Notes under the pieces: generated by a model
The model's input: the letters and a program-made list of their open reading frames with translations, nothing else
Databases searched by the model: none
What the model was told of the DNA's origin: nothing
Program-made: the position numbers and the translations under genes
Shown here: in pieces, positions 7,523 to 18,254 of the stretch
Layout: each line of letters opens with the position of its first letter
Position numbering within the stretch: position 1 is the first letter of the stretch
NCBI GenBank assembly: GCA_964537895.1
Contig: CAZIDK010000003.1
Location: 1,171 to 65,170, forward strand
Direction of reading: 5' to 3'
DNA from: an uncultured Gammaproteobacteria bacterium
GTDB lineage: Bacteria; Patescibacteriota; Microgenomatia; Levybacterales; UBA12049
DNA: 64,000 bases

Positions 7523-8728
7523 TTACTGTATTGACGATATCAAACTGTAAATCGGCGTAATAACGGAAATTATTAAAAAAGCAACGCCAATGCCCAAAAC
7601 AACCATAATAAAAGGCTCCATTGCCGTTGTTAAGGTTTTAACTGTTTGATCAACATCTCTTTCGAAATATTCCGAGGCTTTTGCCAAAGATTCATCTACT
7701 TTTCCGGTCTGCTCTCCGATTTTTACAAGCTGGATAAGGATTGACGGAAAAAGGGGATAAACAGACATTGCGTCTCCTATCGTAACGCCTTTTTCTACCT
7801 GCTTGGAAACGTCTTTAATCGCATTTCTATAATGTATGTTTCCGGCCGTATCGGCGGTTTGCAACAGGGCATCAACAACCAGGGTTCCTGTTCCCACCAA
7901 AAGACCAAAGGTTCTTGAGAATTCGGCCAGTATTGTCTGTCTTATAAGTTTTCCAAAAACCGGAAGTTTTAAAATTAAACTATCTGTTATAAGCTGTCCC
8001 TCAATTGTTTTGTGCCAACGTCTAAATAAGACTACCCCTCCCACAAGCAGTATTAACATGATTGGCCAAAAAGTTTGAATAAAATCAGAAAATCCTATTA
8101 CTATTTGTGTTGGGAGGGGAAGGGGGACATTAAGATTTTGGTACAAAACCGTAAGCTGGGGAATAACAAAAATCATCATAATAAACATAACTACAACCAT
8201 AAGAATTATTACTATGACAGGGTACATAAGCGCGGATTTTATCGTGCCTTTTAGCTTTGCCTCTTTTTCAAGATTATCGGCAAGTCTTACGAGAACCTTA
8301 TCCAAGAGCCCTGACGCTTCTCCCGCTTTAATAAGGGAAACATAGATAGTCGAAAAAACAGCCGGATATTTTGCTATCGAAGAAGAAAAAGGCTTACCCT
8401 CTTCGACATCGTTAATAATACTGTTTACTACTTCCTGCATGGCCGCGCTTTGCACTTGATCTTTTAAAATTGCTAAGGCCCGCATTAGCGTAAGACCGGA
8501 AGAAAGCATTGAGGAAAGCTGTCTTGTAAAAATGATTAGGTCTGTCGACTTTACCTTGCTAAACATCGGCAAAATTTTAGATATGGGGTTTTCCTGTTCT
8601 TTTAGAATATGAATAGGCATCAGGTCTTTACTGCGGAGATATAAAGCCGCAGCGTTTATATCGTTAGCGTCAATTAAACCCTGTTCTATTTTACCCGTCT
8701 TTGTTGCGGCTTTATAACGAAGTTTCAT
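7523..8728 (-). CDS. pilC: type IV pilus / T2SS platform protein, GspF/PilC family
   Basis: 401 aa, two T2SSF-type repeats, three TM segments. Adjacent to pilT and pilB. Confidence 0.88.
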   Translation of the reverse strand: MKLRYKAATKTGKIEQGLIDANDINAAALYLRSKDLMPIHILKEQENPISKILPMFSKVKSTDLIIFTRQLSSMLSSGLTLMRALAILKDQVQSAAMQEVVNSIINDVEEGKPFSSSIAKYPAVFSTIYVSLIKAGEASGLLDKVLVRLADNLEKEAKLKGTIKSALMYPVIVIILMVVVMFIMMIFVIPQLTVLYQNLNVPLPLPTQIVIGFSDFIQTFWPIMLILLVGGVVLFRRWHKTIEGQLITDSLILKLPVFGKLIRQTILAEFSRTFGLLVGTGTLVVDALLQTADTAGNIHYRNAIKDVSKQVEKGVTIGDAMSVYPLFPSILIQLVKIGEQTGKVDESLAKASEYFERDVDQTVKTLTTAMEPFIMVVLGIGVAFLIISVITPIYSLISSIQ

Positions 8729-8731
8729 AAT

Positions 8732-9799
8732 TTAACCGACCAGACGCAGCAAGTCATCGGGACGCAAAGAATAGCTTTTCGCCATCTCAAGACTGACACT
8801 GCCTGATAAAACCAGCGACGCAAGTGAAGATTCCAGGGTAATCATTCCGGCGTCTTGAGAAGTTTGAATAATCGAATCTATAAGATGCGTTTTCCCTTCT
8901 CTTATGGTGCTTGCTATTGCCGTGCTTCCAAGCAAAACCTCGACAGCCGGTATCCTTCCGCCGTTTATTTGGGGCAAAAGTCTTTGTGAGATTATACCTT
9001 TAAGAGTTGAAGCAAGCTGGGTTTTTATCTGTCCCTGCTGGGTTGAAGGAAAAGAATCTATAATTCTGTCTACTGTTTGCGCGGCAGAATTAGTGTGCAA
9101 TGTTGAAAATACCAAATGCCCGGTTTCCGCAATTGTTATTGCCGAGGCAATTGTCTCGGAATCTCTCATTTCTCCAACCAAAACAACGTCCGGATCTTCT
9201 CTAAGGGCAGATTTTAAAGCCGTCGGCCACGAATGAGTATCAATGTCCATTTCTCTTTGGGAAATTATGCTTTTTCCGGCAGGATAAATATATTCAATCG
9301 GATCCTCGATGGTTAAGATATGAGCAGACCTTTTAAGATTTATTTCATTGATAATTGCGGCCAGAGTTGTTGATTTTCCGTGGCCGGTTGGTCCCGTAAG
9401 TAAAATAAATCCCTGTTTTAAATCCGCAAAAGAATGAAGTATTTTTGGTAAACCAAGTTCCTCAACTGTTCTGATGTTTGGCATCAGGAAACGCAGCGCA
9501 GCGCTTAAAAAACCTCTTTGATAATAAATATTTACCCTGAATCTGCCCAAATTTCCGTAATCGCCTCCGCCAAACCCAAAAGAAAAATCAAGTTCTTTAT
9601 TATTTAGAACAAGTTCTTTCTGCTGGGGCGTAAGCAGAGAAAAAATCATGTTTTCTACAACCTCATGAGTCAATGCGGCATAATTTGAAATATATCTCAA
9701 TGACCCGTCTATTCTAATAACAGGTGGTATTCCCGGTAAAATGTGCAAGTCAGACGCATTATTTTTTATTGTTAAATTTAACAGTTCGTTAATATCCAT
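8732..9799 (-). CDS. pilT: PilT-family pilus retraction ATPase
   Basis: 355 aa. Walker A GPTGHGKSTT. N-terminal ASDLHILPGIPPVIRIDGSL matches PilT/PilU. No N-terminal GspE_N domain. Confidence 0.85.
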   Translation of the reverse strand: MDINELLNLTIKNNASDLHILPGIPPVIRIDGSLRYISNYAALTHEVVENMIFSLLTPQQKELVLNNKELDFSFGFGGGDYGNLGRFRVNIYYQRGFLSAALRFLMPNIRTVEELGLPKILHSFADLKQGFILLTGPTGHGKSTTLAAIINEINLKRSAHILTIEDPIEYIYPAGKSIISQREMDIDTHSWPTALKSALREDPDVVLVGEMRDSETIASAITIAETGHLVFSTLHTNSAAQTVDRIIDSFPSTQQGQIKTQLASTLKGIISQRLLPQINGGRIPAVEVLLGSTAIASTIREGKTHLIDSIIQTSQDAGMITLESSLASLVLSGSVSLEMAKSYSLRPDDLLRLVG

Positions 9800-9873
9800 A
9801 CTTTAGTCATTAGTTAATTAGTTATTAGTTAGTTAGTAACTGATTTACTAACTACTAGTAACTAGCAACTGAT

Positions 9874-11601
9874 TTATTCCTGTGCTACTCTTAGAACTTC
9901 TTCTACGGTTGTTATGCCCTGAAGTACTTTAATATACCCATCCTGTTTCATTGTAATCATTCCCTCTGAAATTGCCTCTTTTTCTATTGTACTACTATCA
10001 GGATTTGATAATACAAGTGCCGAGATTTTATCACTGACGGGAAGCGTCTCGAAAATTCCTATCCTTCCTAAATAACCGGAGTTTCCGCAATCTTCACAGC
10101 CTTTTCCTTTATAAAGCTTAAGTTCACCGTTTTGAGCAGGAAAAAGATTGCCTAAAACAGATTTCATTTCGGTAACTATCTGGGGAAGGGGAGCGTAACT
10201 AACCTTGCAATGACTGCAAATTTTTCTGACAATTCGTTGTCCTAAAATGGCCGTCATTGTGGAAGCCAATAGAAATCTTTCCGCTTTTAAATCCACGAGA
10301 CGGGGCAAAGCTCCCGCAGCGTTTGAGGTATGAAGGGTTGAAAAAACCAAGTGCCCTGTAAGAGCAGCCTGAATAGCCAATTCCGTAGTTTCCTGATCGC
10401 GGATTTCTCCGACAAGAATAATATTCGGATCTTGTCTAAGAAACGACCTAAGGCCGGTTGCAAAAGTAAGGCCTACGGCAGGGTTTATCTGTACCTGATT
10501 AATTCCCGGCATTTGATACTCAACCGGATCCTCCAAAGTCATAATATTTACCCTTGTCGTATTAAGTTTGTTTAAAACAGAGTAAAGAGTTGTGGTTTTA
10601 CCACTTCCGGTAGGCCCTACAACCGTAACAATTCCGTGCGGTTTTAACATTGCGGTTTCAAGATTTTTCAGTGAAACACCGGTTAAACCTAACTCCTGAA
10701 GCGAAGGCACGCCGCCTGATTTCCGCAAAAGCCTCATAACTATTTTTTCACCAAAAACCGTGGGAAGAACCGAGATGCGAAGGTCAACCTCTTTATCTTC
10801 CACTCTAAAATTAAAACGGCCGTCTTGGGGAGTACGATGTTCGTCTATTTTCATTTCTGACAAAATTTTTATTCTGGAAAGAACTGATTCCTGAACGCTT
10901 TTAGGAAGAGAGAGTCTGTCGTATAAAATTCCGTCAATTCTGTAACGCACCCTAACCCTGTCTTCTTGGGGCTCAATGTGAACGTCGGATGCCCTGCTGG
11001 TTACCGCATATTCAAGAATTGTCGAAACAATTTTGGCAACCGGAGCCGATTTTATAATTAGCGCTATATCTTTGCTATCAACTGTTTTGATTTTATTGTA
11101 TTCCTCCGTTTCCTTTATTGCTTCTCCAACCTGTCCGACTATTTCCTGTCTGTATTGCTGATTAATTGCGCGGGCTACGTCCGTTGGGCCGGCCGCAAAA
11201 GATTTTACCGTAAGTCCTGTTTTCTGGCGGACAAAAGAAAGGGCATCCAAATCTACGGGATTACTCATTGCAATGGAAAGAACTTTTGTTTTGTCGTCGT
11301 ACATAAAAGGTACGACTAAAAATCTTTCGGCAACCGCTCTTGGAACAAGAGCTAAAGCCTGCGGAGAAAAAGACGTACTTTCCAAATCTATAAACGGAAT
11401 TCCCAAAAGTTTTGCTTTCGCTTCCGTTAAGTTTTGTTCGCTAACATAATTAGAGGAGGTTAGAATTGACTCGTCCGAAACATTTTGAGTTGCGCTTTTT
11501 ACCCTTACATCGTTATACTGCTCCTGGGTTAACAGGTGCTGTGCGAGTAAAACATCGCTTAATGTTTGATTTTTTGTCGGAGTTTGTGAATCACTGGGCA
11601 T
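9874..11601 (-). CDS. pilB: type IV pilus assembly ATPase, GspE/PilB family
   Basis: 575 aa with an N-terminal T2SSE_N-like domain. Walker A GPTGSGKTTT. Tetracysteine CSHCK..CEDCGNSGY. Confidence 0.9.
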   Translation of the reverse strand: MPSDSQTPTKNQTLSDVLLAQHLLTQEQYNDVRVKSATQNVSDESILTSSNYVSEQNLTEAKAKLLGIPFIDLESTSFSPQALALVPRAVAERFLVVPFMYDDKTKVLSIAMSNPVDLDALSFVRQKTGLTVKSFAAGPTDVARAINQQYRQEIVGQVGEAIKETEEYNKIKTVDSKDIALIIKSAPVAKIVSTILEYAVTSRASDVHIEPQEDRVRVRYRIDGILYDRLSLPKSVQESVLSRIKILSEMKIDEHRTPQDGRFNFRVEDKEVDLRISVLPTVFGEKIVMRLLRKSGGVPSLQELGLTGVSLKNLETAMLKPHGIVTVVGPTGSGKTTTLYSVLNKLNTTRVNIMTLEDPVEYQMPGINQVQINPAVGLTFATGLRSFLRQDPNIILVGEIRDQETTELAIQAALTGHLVFSTLHTSNAAGALPRLVDLKAERFLLASTMTAILGQRIVRKICSHCKVSYAPLPQIVTEMKSVLGNLFPAQNGELKLYKGKGCEDCGNSGYLGRIGIFETLPVSDKISALVLSNPDSSTIEKEAISEGMITMKQDGYIKVLQGITTVEEVLRVAQE

Positions 11602-11642
11602 TACTATTATAGTAAGATAAAATATGATATAAAGTCAATATA

Positions 11643-12296
11643 ATGCAGAGCTTTTTAATTATAGGAAAGCCAATTGACAAAGCAAAAAATTACGCTTTTG
11701 ATTTTTGTTTAAAAAACAAGATAGATACGCTTGATATAAGTCTTATTGAATCCGAAAAAGCAGTGGGAATTGCGCAAGTCAGGGACTTTCAAAAGAGAAT
11801 TTTTCTTAAGCCTTTTAAAAGCAATCAGAAAGCGGTAATTTTGGAAGCTAGTAATGGATTAACGCTTGAGTCACAAAACGCGTTATTGAAAGTTTTGGAA
11901 GAGCCGCCAAAGAATACTATTATAATACTACTTGTAGAATCAGACGAATCGGTTCTGCCGACTATCCTTTCCAGATGTAAAATTATTTCGCTTGATAAAG
12001 ATAATGTTGAGCAAAAAGATTTAGCGGAATACGAAAAAATCTTGCTGTCTTTAAAAAACGCAGGGGTGGGGGATAGATTAAGATTGGCTCAAGACAAATC
12101 GAAAGATAAAGAAACTGCTTTGCAGTTTGTCGAAGGTTTGATTTTGGCTTCCGAAGTTCTTCTTAGGAATTCGAAAGATAAAGAATTTGTGGGAGCAATA
12201 AAACTTATGCAAAAAACCTATACGGAAATAAAATCAACAAATTCTAATCTTCGTTTGGCAATGGAAAACTTGCTTTTGAACCTAAAAATGGTCTAA
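11643..12296 (+). CDS. holB: DNA polymerase III delta-prime subunit-like (short HolB)
   Basis: Sensor/box motifs LLKVLEEPPKNTIIILL and TILSRCKIIS with no Walker A. Divergent from pilB with only a 41-nt spacer. Confidence 0.65.
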   Translation: MQSFLIIGKPIDKAKNYAFDFCLKNKIDTLDISLIESEKAVGIAQVRDFQKRIFLKPFKSNQKAVILEASNGLTLESQNALLKVLEEPPKNTIIILLVESDESVLPTILSRCKIISLDKDNVEQKDLAEYEKILLSLKNAGVGDRLRLAQDKSKDKETALQFVEGLILASEVLLRNSKDKEFVGAIKLMQKTYTEIKSTNSNLRLAMENLLLNLKMV

Positions 12297-12304
12297 TTAA
12301 CTTC

Positions 12305-12601
12305 ATGAGTCAAACAGAAATAGGCGCACCAACTACGCCAACAGAAGCTAGGGAAACGCAGAGCCCCGAACGACGTCTAGTCTATGGGATCATGAGAAGA
12401 ATAGATAGGAGAGTAGAAAGAACTCTTGCCAATCCAAACTTAACACCCGATCAAATGCAAGAGCTTCTTCTACTTGCTAATCTTACGAAACTTGCCTTGG
12501 AATTAAGATGTCTAATGCCAGCAGTAAGATTTGGCGAAGAACTTGTTGAGCTATCCGATCCCTTAATGATTCCTGAAGCAACTCCCACAGAGCTAGGATA
12601 A
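12305..12601 (+). CDS. hypothetical protein; GC-rich orphan
   Basis: 98-aa ORF starting 9 nt after the holB stop. Markedly higher GC than the flanks. No motifs. Confidence 0.35.
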   Translation: MSQTEIGAPTTPTEARETQSPERRLVYGIMRRIDRRVERTLANPNLTPDQMQELLLLANLTKLALELRCLMPAVRFGEELVELSDPLMIPEATPTELG

Positions 12602-12602
12602 C

Positions 12603-12900
12603 CTCGGGGAAAATTTGAGTTTGAATAAAATGTTTCCACGTATCGATACATCACAACAAAACATTATTACTGTAAGTATACTAGTATATTAGTAATTAGT
12701 TCGACGGAAATAAATCTCAAACTCAGAAAACTAAATAACACAGGGGTCAAAAAAAATTGTGGGGAAAATTTGGGGTTGAATAAAATGTTTTCACGTATCG
12801 ATACATCACTACAAAGCTTTTAGGGGTTCAACCCCTAAAATAGATTGATAATTCAACAAGAACCGAGTAAGTGAAAAATTAAACTGGAGGGGAAAATTTG
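12603..12900. repeat. cluster of interspersed repeats: GGGGAAAATTTG(A/G)GTTGAATAAAATG units, palindromes GTATCGATAC and TATACTAGTATA, REP-like GGGGTTCAACCCC
   Basis: Units at 12605, 12763 and 12892. The block 12630-12695 is about 85% identical to the reverse complement of 54790-54870 and 55640-55720. Confidence 0.7.
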
Positions 12901-12926
12901 GGGTTGAGATTTTTACTTAAAACCGT

Positions 12927-13172
12927 TTATTTTCTGTTTCGGTCTTCAATTTGACGCAATTTACTACCAACAACAAACCCAAAACCCAAAGCAAGTCCCC
13001 ACGACCCAACAAACACAACAGCATCTTCTACGCTATGTATTCCCTTATCAGCTGCGCTTTTCCCTACAATTGCACTCGCTATAGCACTAACACCCGATAC
13101 AACTATAACAGCTTCGTCTCTTTTTATGACCTCCGTTATCCTATGTCTTAGTCCTGGGTTTCTTTCGCTCAT
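12927..13172 (-). CDS. small hydrophobic hypothetical protein
   Basis: 81-aa ORF with two hydrophobic segments, inside the repeat island. Confidence 0.3.
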   Translation of the reverse strand: MSERNPGLRHRITEVIKRDEAVIVVSGVSAIASAIVGKSAADKGIHSVEDAVVFVGSWGLALGFGFVVGSKLRQIEDRNRK

Positions 13173-13256
13173 AAACGGAATTATAGCATGAGGATTTTCT
13201 AAAGCAAATTGGGTGGAAAATTTGGATTTGCTCGCACCGACCCCTGGGGTTGAAAG

Positions 13257-13847
13257 CTAGTCTTCGAAAACTAACTCTTTTACTTGAACTGCTTCTGCTT
13301 CCGAAATGTCATATTCAGTAAATTGTTTATAATCTTTTGCCGGATTATTCGCAGCAAAATAATTAAGTATGTACGAAGAATCTACTAGGTCATCTTTCTT
13401 ACCATCAATATAAGCTGTGTAGCTTGACCAAGGATAAAGCGCAAGCTCAACCCCAGGGGTTGAAATTGGAATCGGATTTCGGTGTATATAGCGGGATACT
13501 TGTAGGAGATACTCATCTGAATCTATTAATTTTGCCTTAAAGCGGCCTTGGAAAAGACTTCCTACTTCATTATATTTAATATTAAAATATTTCGCAAAAC
13601 TGGTCGCCAATCTTAGCATAAAAAACGTGATAGGTAAGTCTGTGTCTTGCCTAAGAAGAAAATGAAAATGATTTGGCATTAAACAATATCCCAAAACGGT
13701 TACTCCAAATTTATCTTTATATTCTCTCGCTCGTTCCAAAAACCTCTTGTAATCTCTATTCTGAAGAAAAATATTTTGCTTTCTATTACCTCTGTTGTAA
13801 ACATGATAATAAGAGTCCTTTCGAAAATATCTAGGAGGAGTAGCCAT
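13257..13847 (-). CDS. HUH/Y1 tyrosine transposase, IS200/IS605-TnpA or REP-associated (RAYT)-like; the ORF is open to 14009 but Met55 at 13847 is the more likely start
   Basis: YHVYNRGNRKQNIF, then the HuH motif LMPNHFHFLL, then catalytic Tyr context SRYIHRNP. GGGGTTGA/TCAACCCC palindromes flank it at 13239-13252 and 13877-13891, and one lies inside at 13447-13461. Confidence 0.6.
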   Translation of the reverse strand: MATPPRYFRKDSYYHVYNRGNRKQNIFLQNRDYKRFLERAREYKDKFGVTVLGYCLMPNHFHFLLRQDTDLPITFFMLRLATSFAKYFNIKYNEVGSLFQGRFKAKLIDSDEYLLQVSRYIHRNPIPISTPGVELALYPWSSYTAYIDGKKDDLVDSSYILNYFAANNPAKDYKQFTEYDISEAEAVQVKELVFED

Positions 13848-14009
13848 GTTCTTAGTAAAACACGAAAGTCTTTCAGCGTCAACCCCAGGGGTTGACGCAT
13901 GGAGATAACTCTTTAAGACGTTTGACGTTTTGGAAAGTTTGGGAGAAAAAGCAGGTTGGCAGGTCGAAGATGCCCTGTGGGTAAAAATTTGGTTTTGAAA
14001 TTTTTGCAC

Positions 14010-14038
14010 TTGACAAGCGTATATACAATGTATATACT
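14010..14038 (+). promoter_or_regulatory. promoter TTGACA-N17-TATACT overlapping the palindrome GTATATACaatGTATATAC; likely autoregulatory operator for the toxin-antitoxin pair
   Basis: Read directly from the sequence, 10 nt upstream of the dinJ ATG. Confidence 0.45.
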
Positions 14039-14047
14039 TTACATATT

Positions 14048-14350
14048 ATGAATACTGCGGTAATCAATATCAAAACTCAACCTGAAACGAAAATAAAAGC
14101 TCAACTGGTCGCAAAAGAACTAGGGCTTAATTTGAGTTCTATTATTAATGCATACCTTACTCAGTTAATAAAAACTAAAACTGTTGCTTTTAGCGTAAGA
14201 GAAGAACCTACTAAATATCTTTTAGAAATGCTTAAGCAGTCACGAAAAGAGATTAAGACCGGAAAAATATCTCGAAGTTTTAGTAAGGCAAGCGATGCAA
14301 TTGGGTATTTGGACAAAATGATTAAAAATGAAAAAAATCAACAGAATTGA
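14048..14350 (+). CDS. dinJ: DinJ/RelB-family antitoxin (type II toxin-antitoxin system)
   Basis: N-terminal ribbon-helix-helix pattern INIKTQPETKIKAQLVAKELGLNLSSIINAYLTQLIKTKTVAF. Overlaps the toxin gene by 23 nt. Confidence 0.7.
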   Translation: MNTAVINIKTQPETKIKAQLVAKELGLNLSSIINAYLTQLIKTKTVAFSVREEPTKYLLEMLKQSRKEIKTGKISRSFSKASDAIGYLDKMIKNEKNQQN

Positions 14351-14609
14351 TTTTTCCGGCCCTTTTGATAAACAACTTAAAAAGGCGCCGCTTAATATAA
14401 AGATTGCTTTCAAGAATAGGCTTACAATATTTATAAAAGACCCATTTAATTCTCAACTAAGAAACCACCAGCTTACAGGAAAACTCAAAAATTACAGAAG
14501 CATAAACATAACAGGCGACTGGCGCGCTTTGTATTCAACAAATGAAATTGATAAAGAAAACGTTGTAATATTCGAAATCCTCGGAACCCACAGTCAGTTA
14601 TATAAATAA
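14328..14609 (+). CDS. yafQ: YafQ/RelE-family toxin (mRNA interferase)
   Basis: 93 aa. HQLTGKLKNYRSINITGDWRALY...VVIFEILGTHSQLY matches the RelE/YafQ fold signature. Confidence 0.7.
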   Translation: MKKINRIDFSGPFDKQLKKAPLNIKIAFKNRLTIFIKDPFNSQLRNHQLTGKLKNYRSINITGDWRALYSTNEIDKENVVIFEILGTHSQLYK

Positions 14610-14643
14610 AATAACCCCGGAAAATTTGGTTTTGAAAGTTAAT

Positions 14644-15030
14644 CTATCTCGATTTCTTTATTGGTTCACTTTTTGAAATCTCCTCGTATAATTTAAGTAG
14701 GCTTATTTTATAAAGTTCCAAAATTTTGCTATGGAGCCCTTGCCAATCTTCCCTTAGGTAAAATTCGTTAAGATTGTTCTCTTTTAAAACTTTTACCAAG
14801 GTTTTTTCGTGGTCAGGATGTCCGAATAAATTCACTATTTGATTTACGGTTCTCATTCCGAAAACATCAAATTTTATCGGCAATCCTAAAGCATAAAGAA
14901 ATATGTATAAACTATTTATAGGTTTTAAAAAATCATCCTTGTTAATTTTAGGTAATAGCTTGACCATATCTTCTTCAGAAAATCCATGTTGCTTTGTTTG
15001 CGAACTTATATCGGTAAATAAAGTTCGCAA
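14644..15030 (-). CDS. hypothetical protein; second gene of a two-gene orphan operon
   Basis: 128-aa ORF with no motifs. Confidence 0.4.
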   Translation of the reverse strand: MRTLFTDISSQTKQHGFSEEDMVKLLPKINKDDFLKPINSLYIFLYALGLPIKFDVFGMRTVNQIVNLFGHPDHEKTLVKVLKENNLNEFYLREDWQGLHSKILELYKISLLKLYEEISKSEPIKKSR

Positions 15031-15188
15031 GGTTATACATTTACTAATTAGACTATCTTTGCTGTTTACTATTTCCTGCTGTCCAATTAAAAGTTCGCTA
15101 TCGTTAAGTAATTTAAATCCGATTTTGCTATGGGAAAGAGAGATTGAATTTATATTGTTTCTTATCTTACTTATTTCCGTAATCGTTT

Positions 15189-15983
15189 TTATATTTGCGT
15201 ATTTCTCCTTCTCTTTCTCTTTCTCTTTTTCTCTTCTTTTTCCCCTCTGTTTTCTTCTGCTGATAGAATCTCTTGTGCCCTACCATTGCCATTTTCTTTT
15301 ATAATCCTAGTCAACTCTGTTATCAATTGTCCTTTCCATGTAATCAAAGTTTTTGCAAGAATAATATCTAGGTCATCCTCTTTTAATTCCGCGTAGTTAT
15401 CTATGAAATATTTTATTTCTGGAGTCGGATTGCTTCTCCATAAATACTGAAGAGATATTTTTCTTACATCAAATTCAAATTTGTTACTAATGACAATCTT
15501 TCTTAAACTTTCCGATACGTCTTTTACGCTATTAACCTTTATTAAATAGTCACATACTGTGGCTATTGAGAAATGATAGAGCTCTCCTCTGCCGGTTTCT
15601 GAATTAGCAAAATCTACTATTAAGCTTAATGCGTATTTTATAATTTCTCCATCTGAATAATTAAATTTTGTAAAAATTTCATAACACCATATTTTGTCTT
15701 TCGTGCTTACCGCCTCTTTCCAAATTTGAATACCCACCCTCAATACCTCACCAGACTGTATCCTAGAAAGCGAGGATATGAAATAATGTGAGGAAGGACT
15801 ATATTTTGAATTGTGTTTTTGCCAAGCTGAATAAATAGGATAAATAAAAACGGGGCTACCTATCTCTTCCATTTCGCGTAAAATACGCTCGTTCTCATCA
15901 TCTGAAATGTTTTCGTATAATTTCGCTATTATCTTTGAATTGTATTCATCAGCCATATGAATTATTATACTCTGTGCGATCAA
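15189..15983 (-). CDS. hypothetical protein with a strongly basic/acidic C-terminal tail (EKEEKKRKRKRRRNTQI) encoded by a CT-rich microsatellite
   Basis: 264-aa ORF. The tail is encoded by the imperfect (TCTCTT)n tract at 15196-15260. Confidence 0.45.
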   Translation of the reverse strand: MIAQSIIIHMADEYNSKIIAKLYENISDDENERILREMEEIGSPVFIYPIYSAWQKHNSKYSPSSHYFISSLSRIQSGEVLRVGIQIWKEAVSTKDKIWCYEIFTKFNYSDGEIIKYALSLIVDFANSETGRGELYHFSIATVCDYLIKVNSVKDVSESLRKIVISNKFEFDVRKISLQYLWRSNPTPEIKYFIDNYAELKEDDLDIILAKTLITWKGQLITELTRIIKENGNGRAQEILSAEENRGEKEEKKRKRKRRRNTQI

Positions 15984-16103
15984 TCATTACTATCTAACTA
16001 CCTAGCCCCTAGAAATTCTTCTCTATATTTGTTCCTTCGACTCCGCTCAGGATCTCCATCATCCTTAAATTTTCTACTAGAAATTTAAGTCTGATTCTGA
16101 TAA

Positions 16104-18086
<1,983 letters not shown>

Positions 18087-18112
18087 ATTTGACATTTTGA
18101 TGTTAGAAGTTA

Positions 18113-18152
18113 CCCGCCTGCAACGCTTGATGCGTAGCATCTGCGGGCAGGG
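18113..18152. repeat. variant of the CCCGCCTGCAACGC...GCGGGCAGG element, intergenic between gyrB and alkA
   Basis: Same ends as the copy at 6502-6537; the central segment differs. Confidence 0.5.
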
Positions 18153-18254
18153 ATTTTCTTGAACTTGAATTTTTGATTTCTAGAATTCAAGATTATCAAA
18201 TTATCGAGTTCTCAAGATCAAAAACATCAAGATAAGTCCAACGTCAAAAAATCT

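Noticed and set aside
14348-14350. Possibility of UGA reassignment (as in some CPR lineages), given that only an RF1-like release factor is visible
   Set aside because: dinJ terminates with TGA exactly where the antitoxin family ends, and other genes use TAA/TAG normally. The standard code applies, and RF2 is presumably encoded outside this window.
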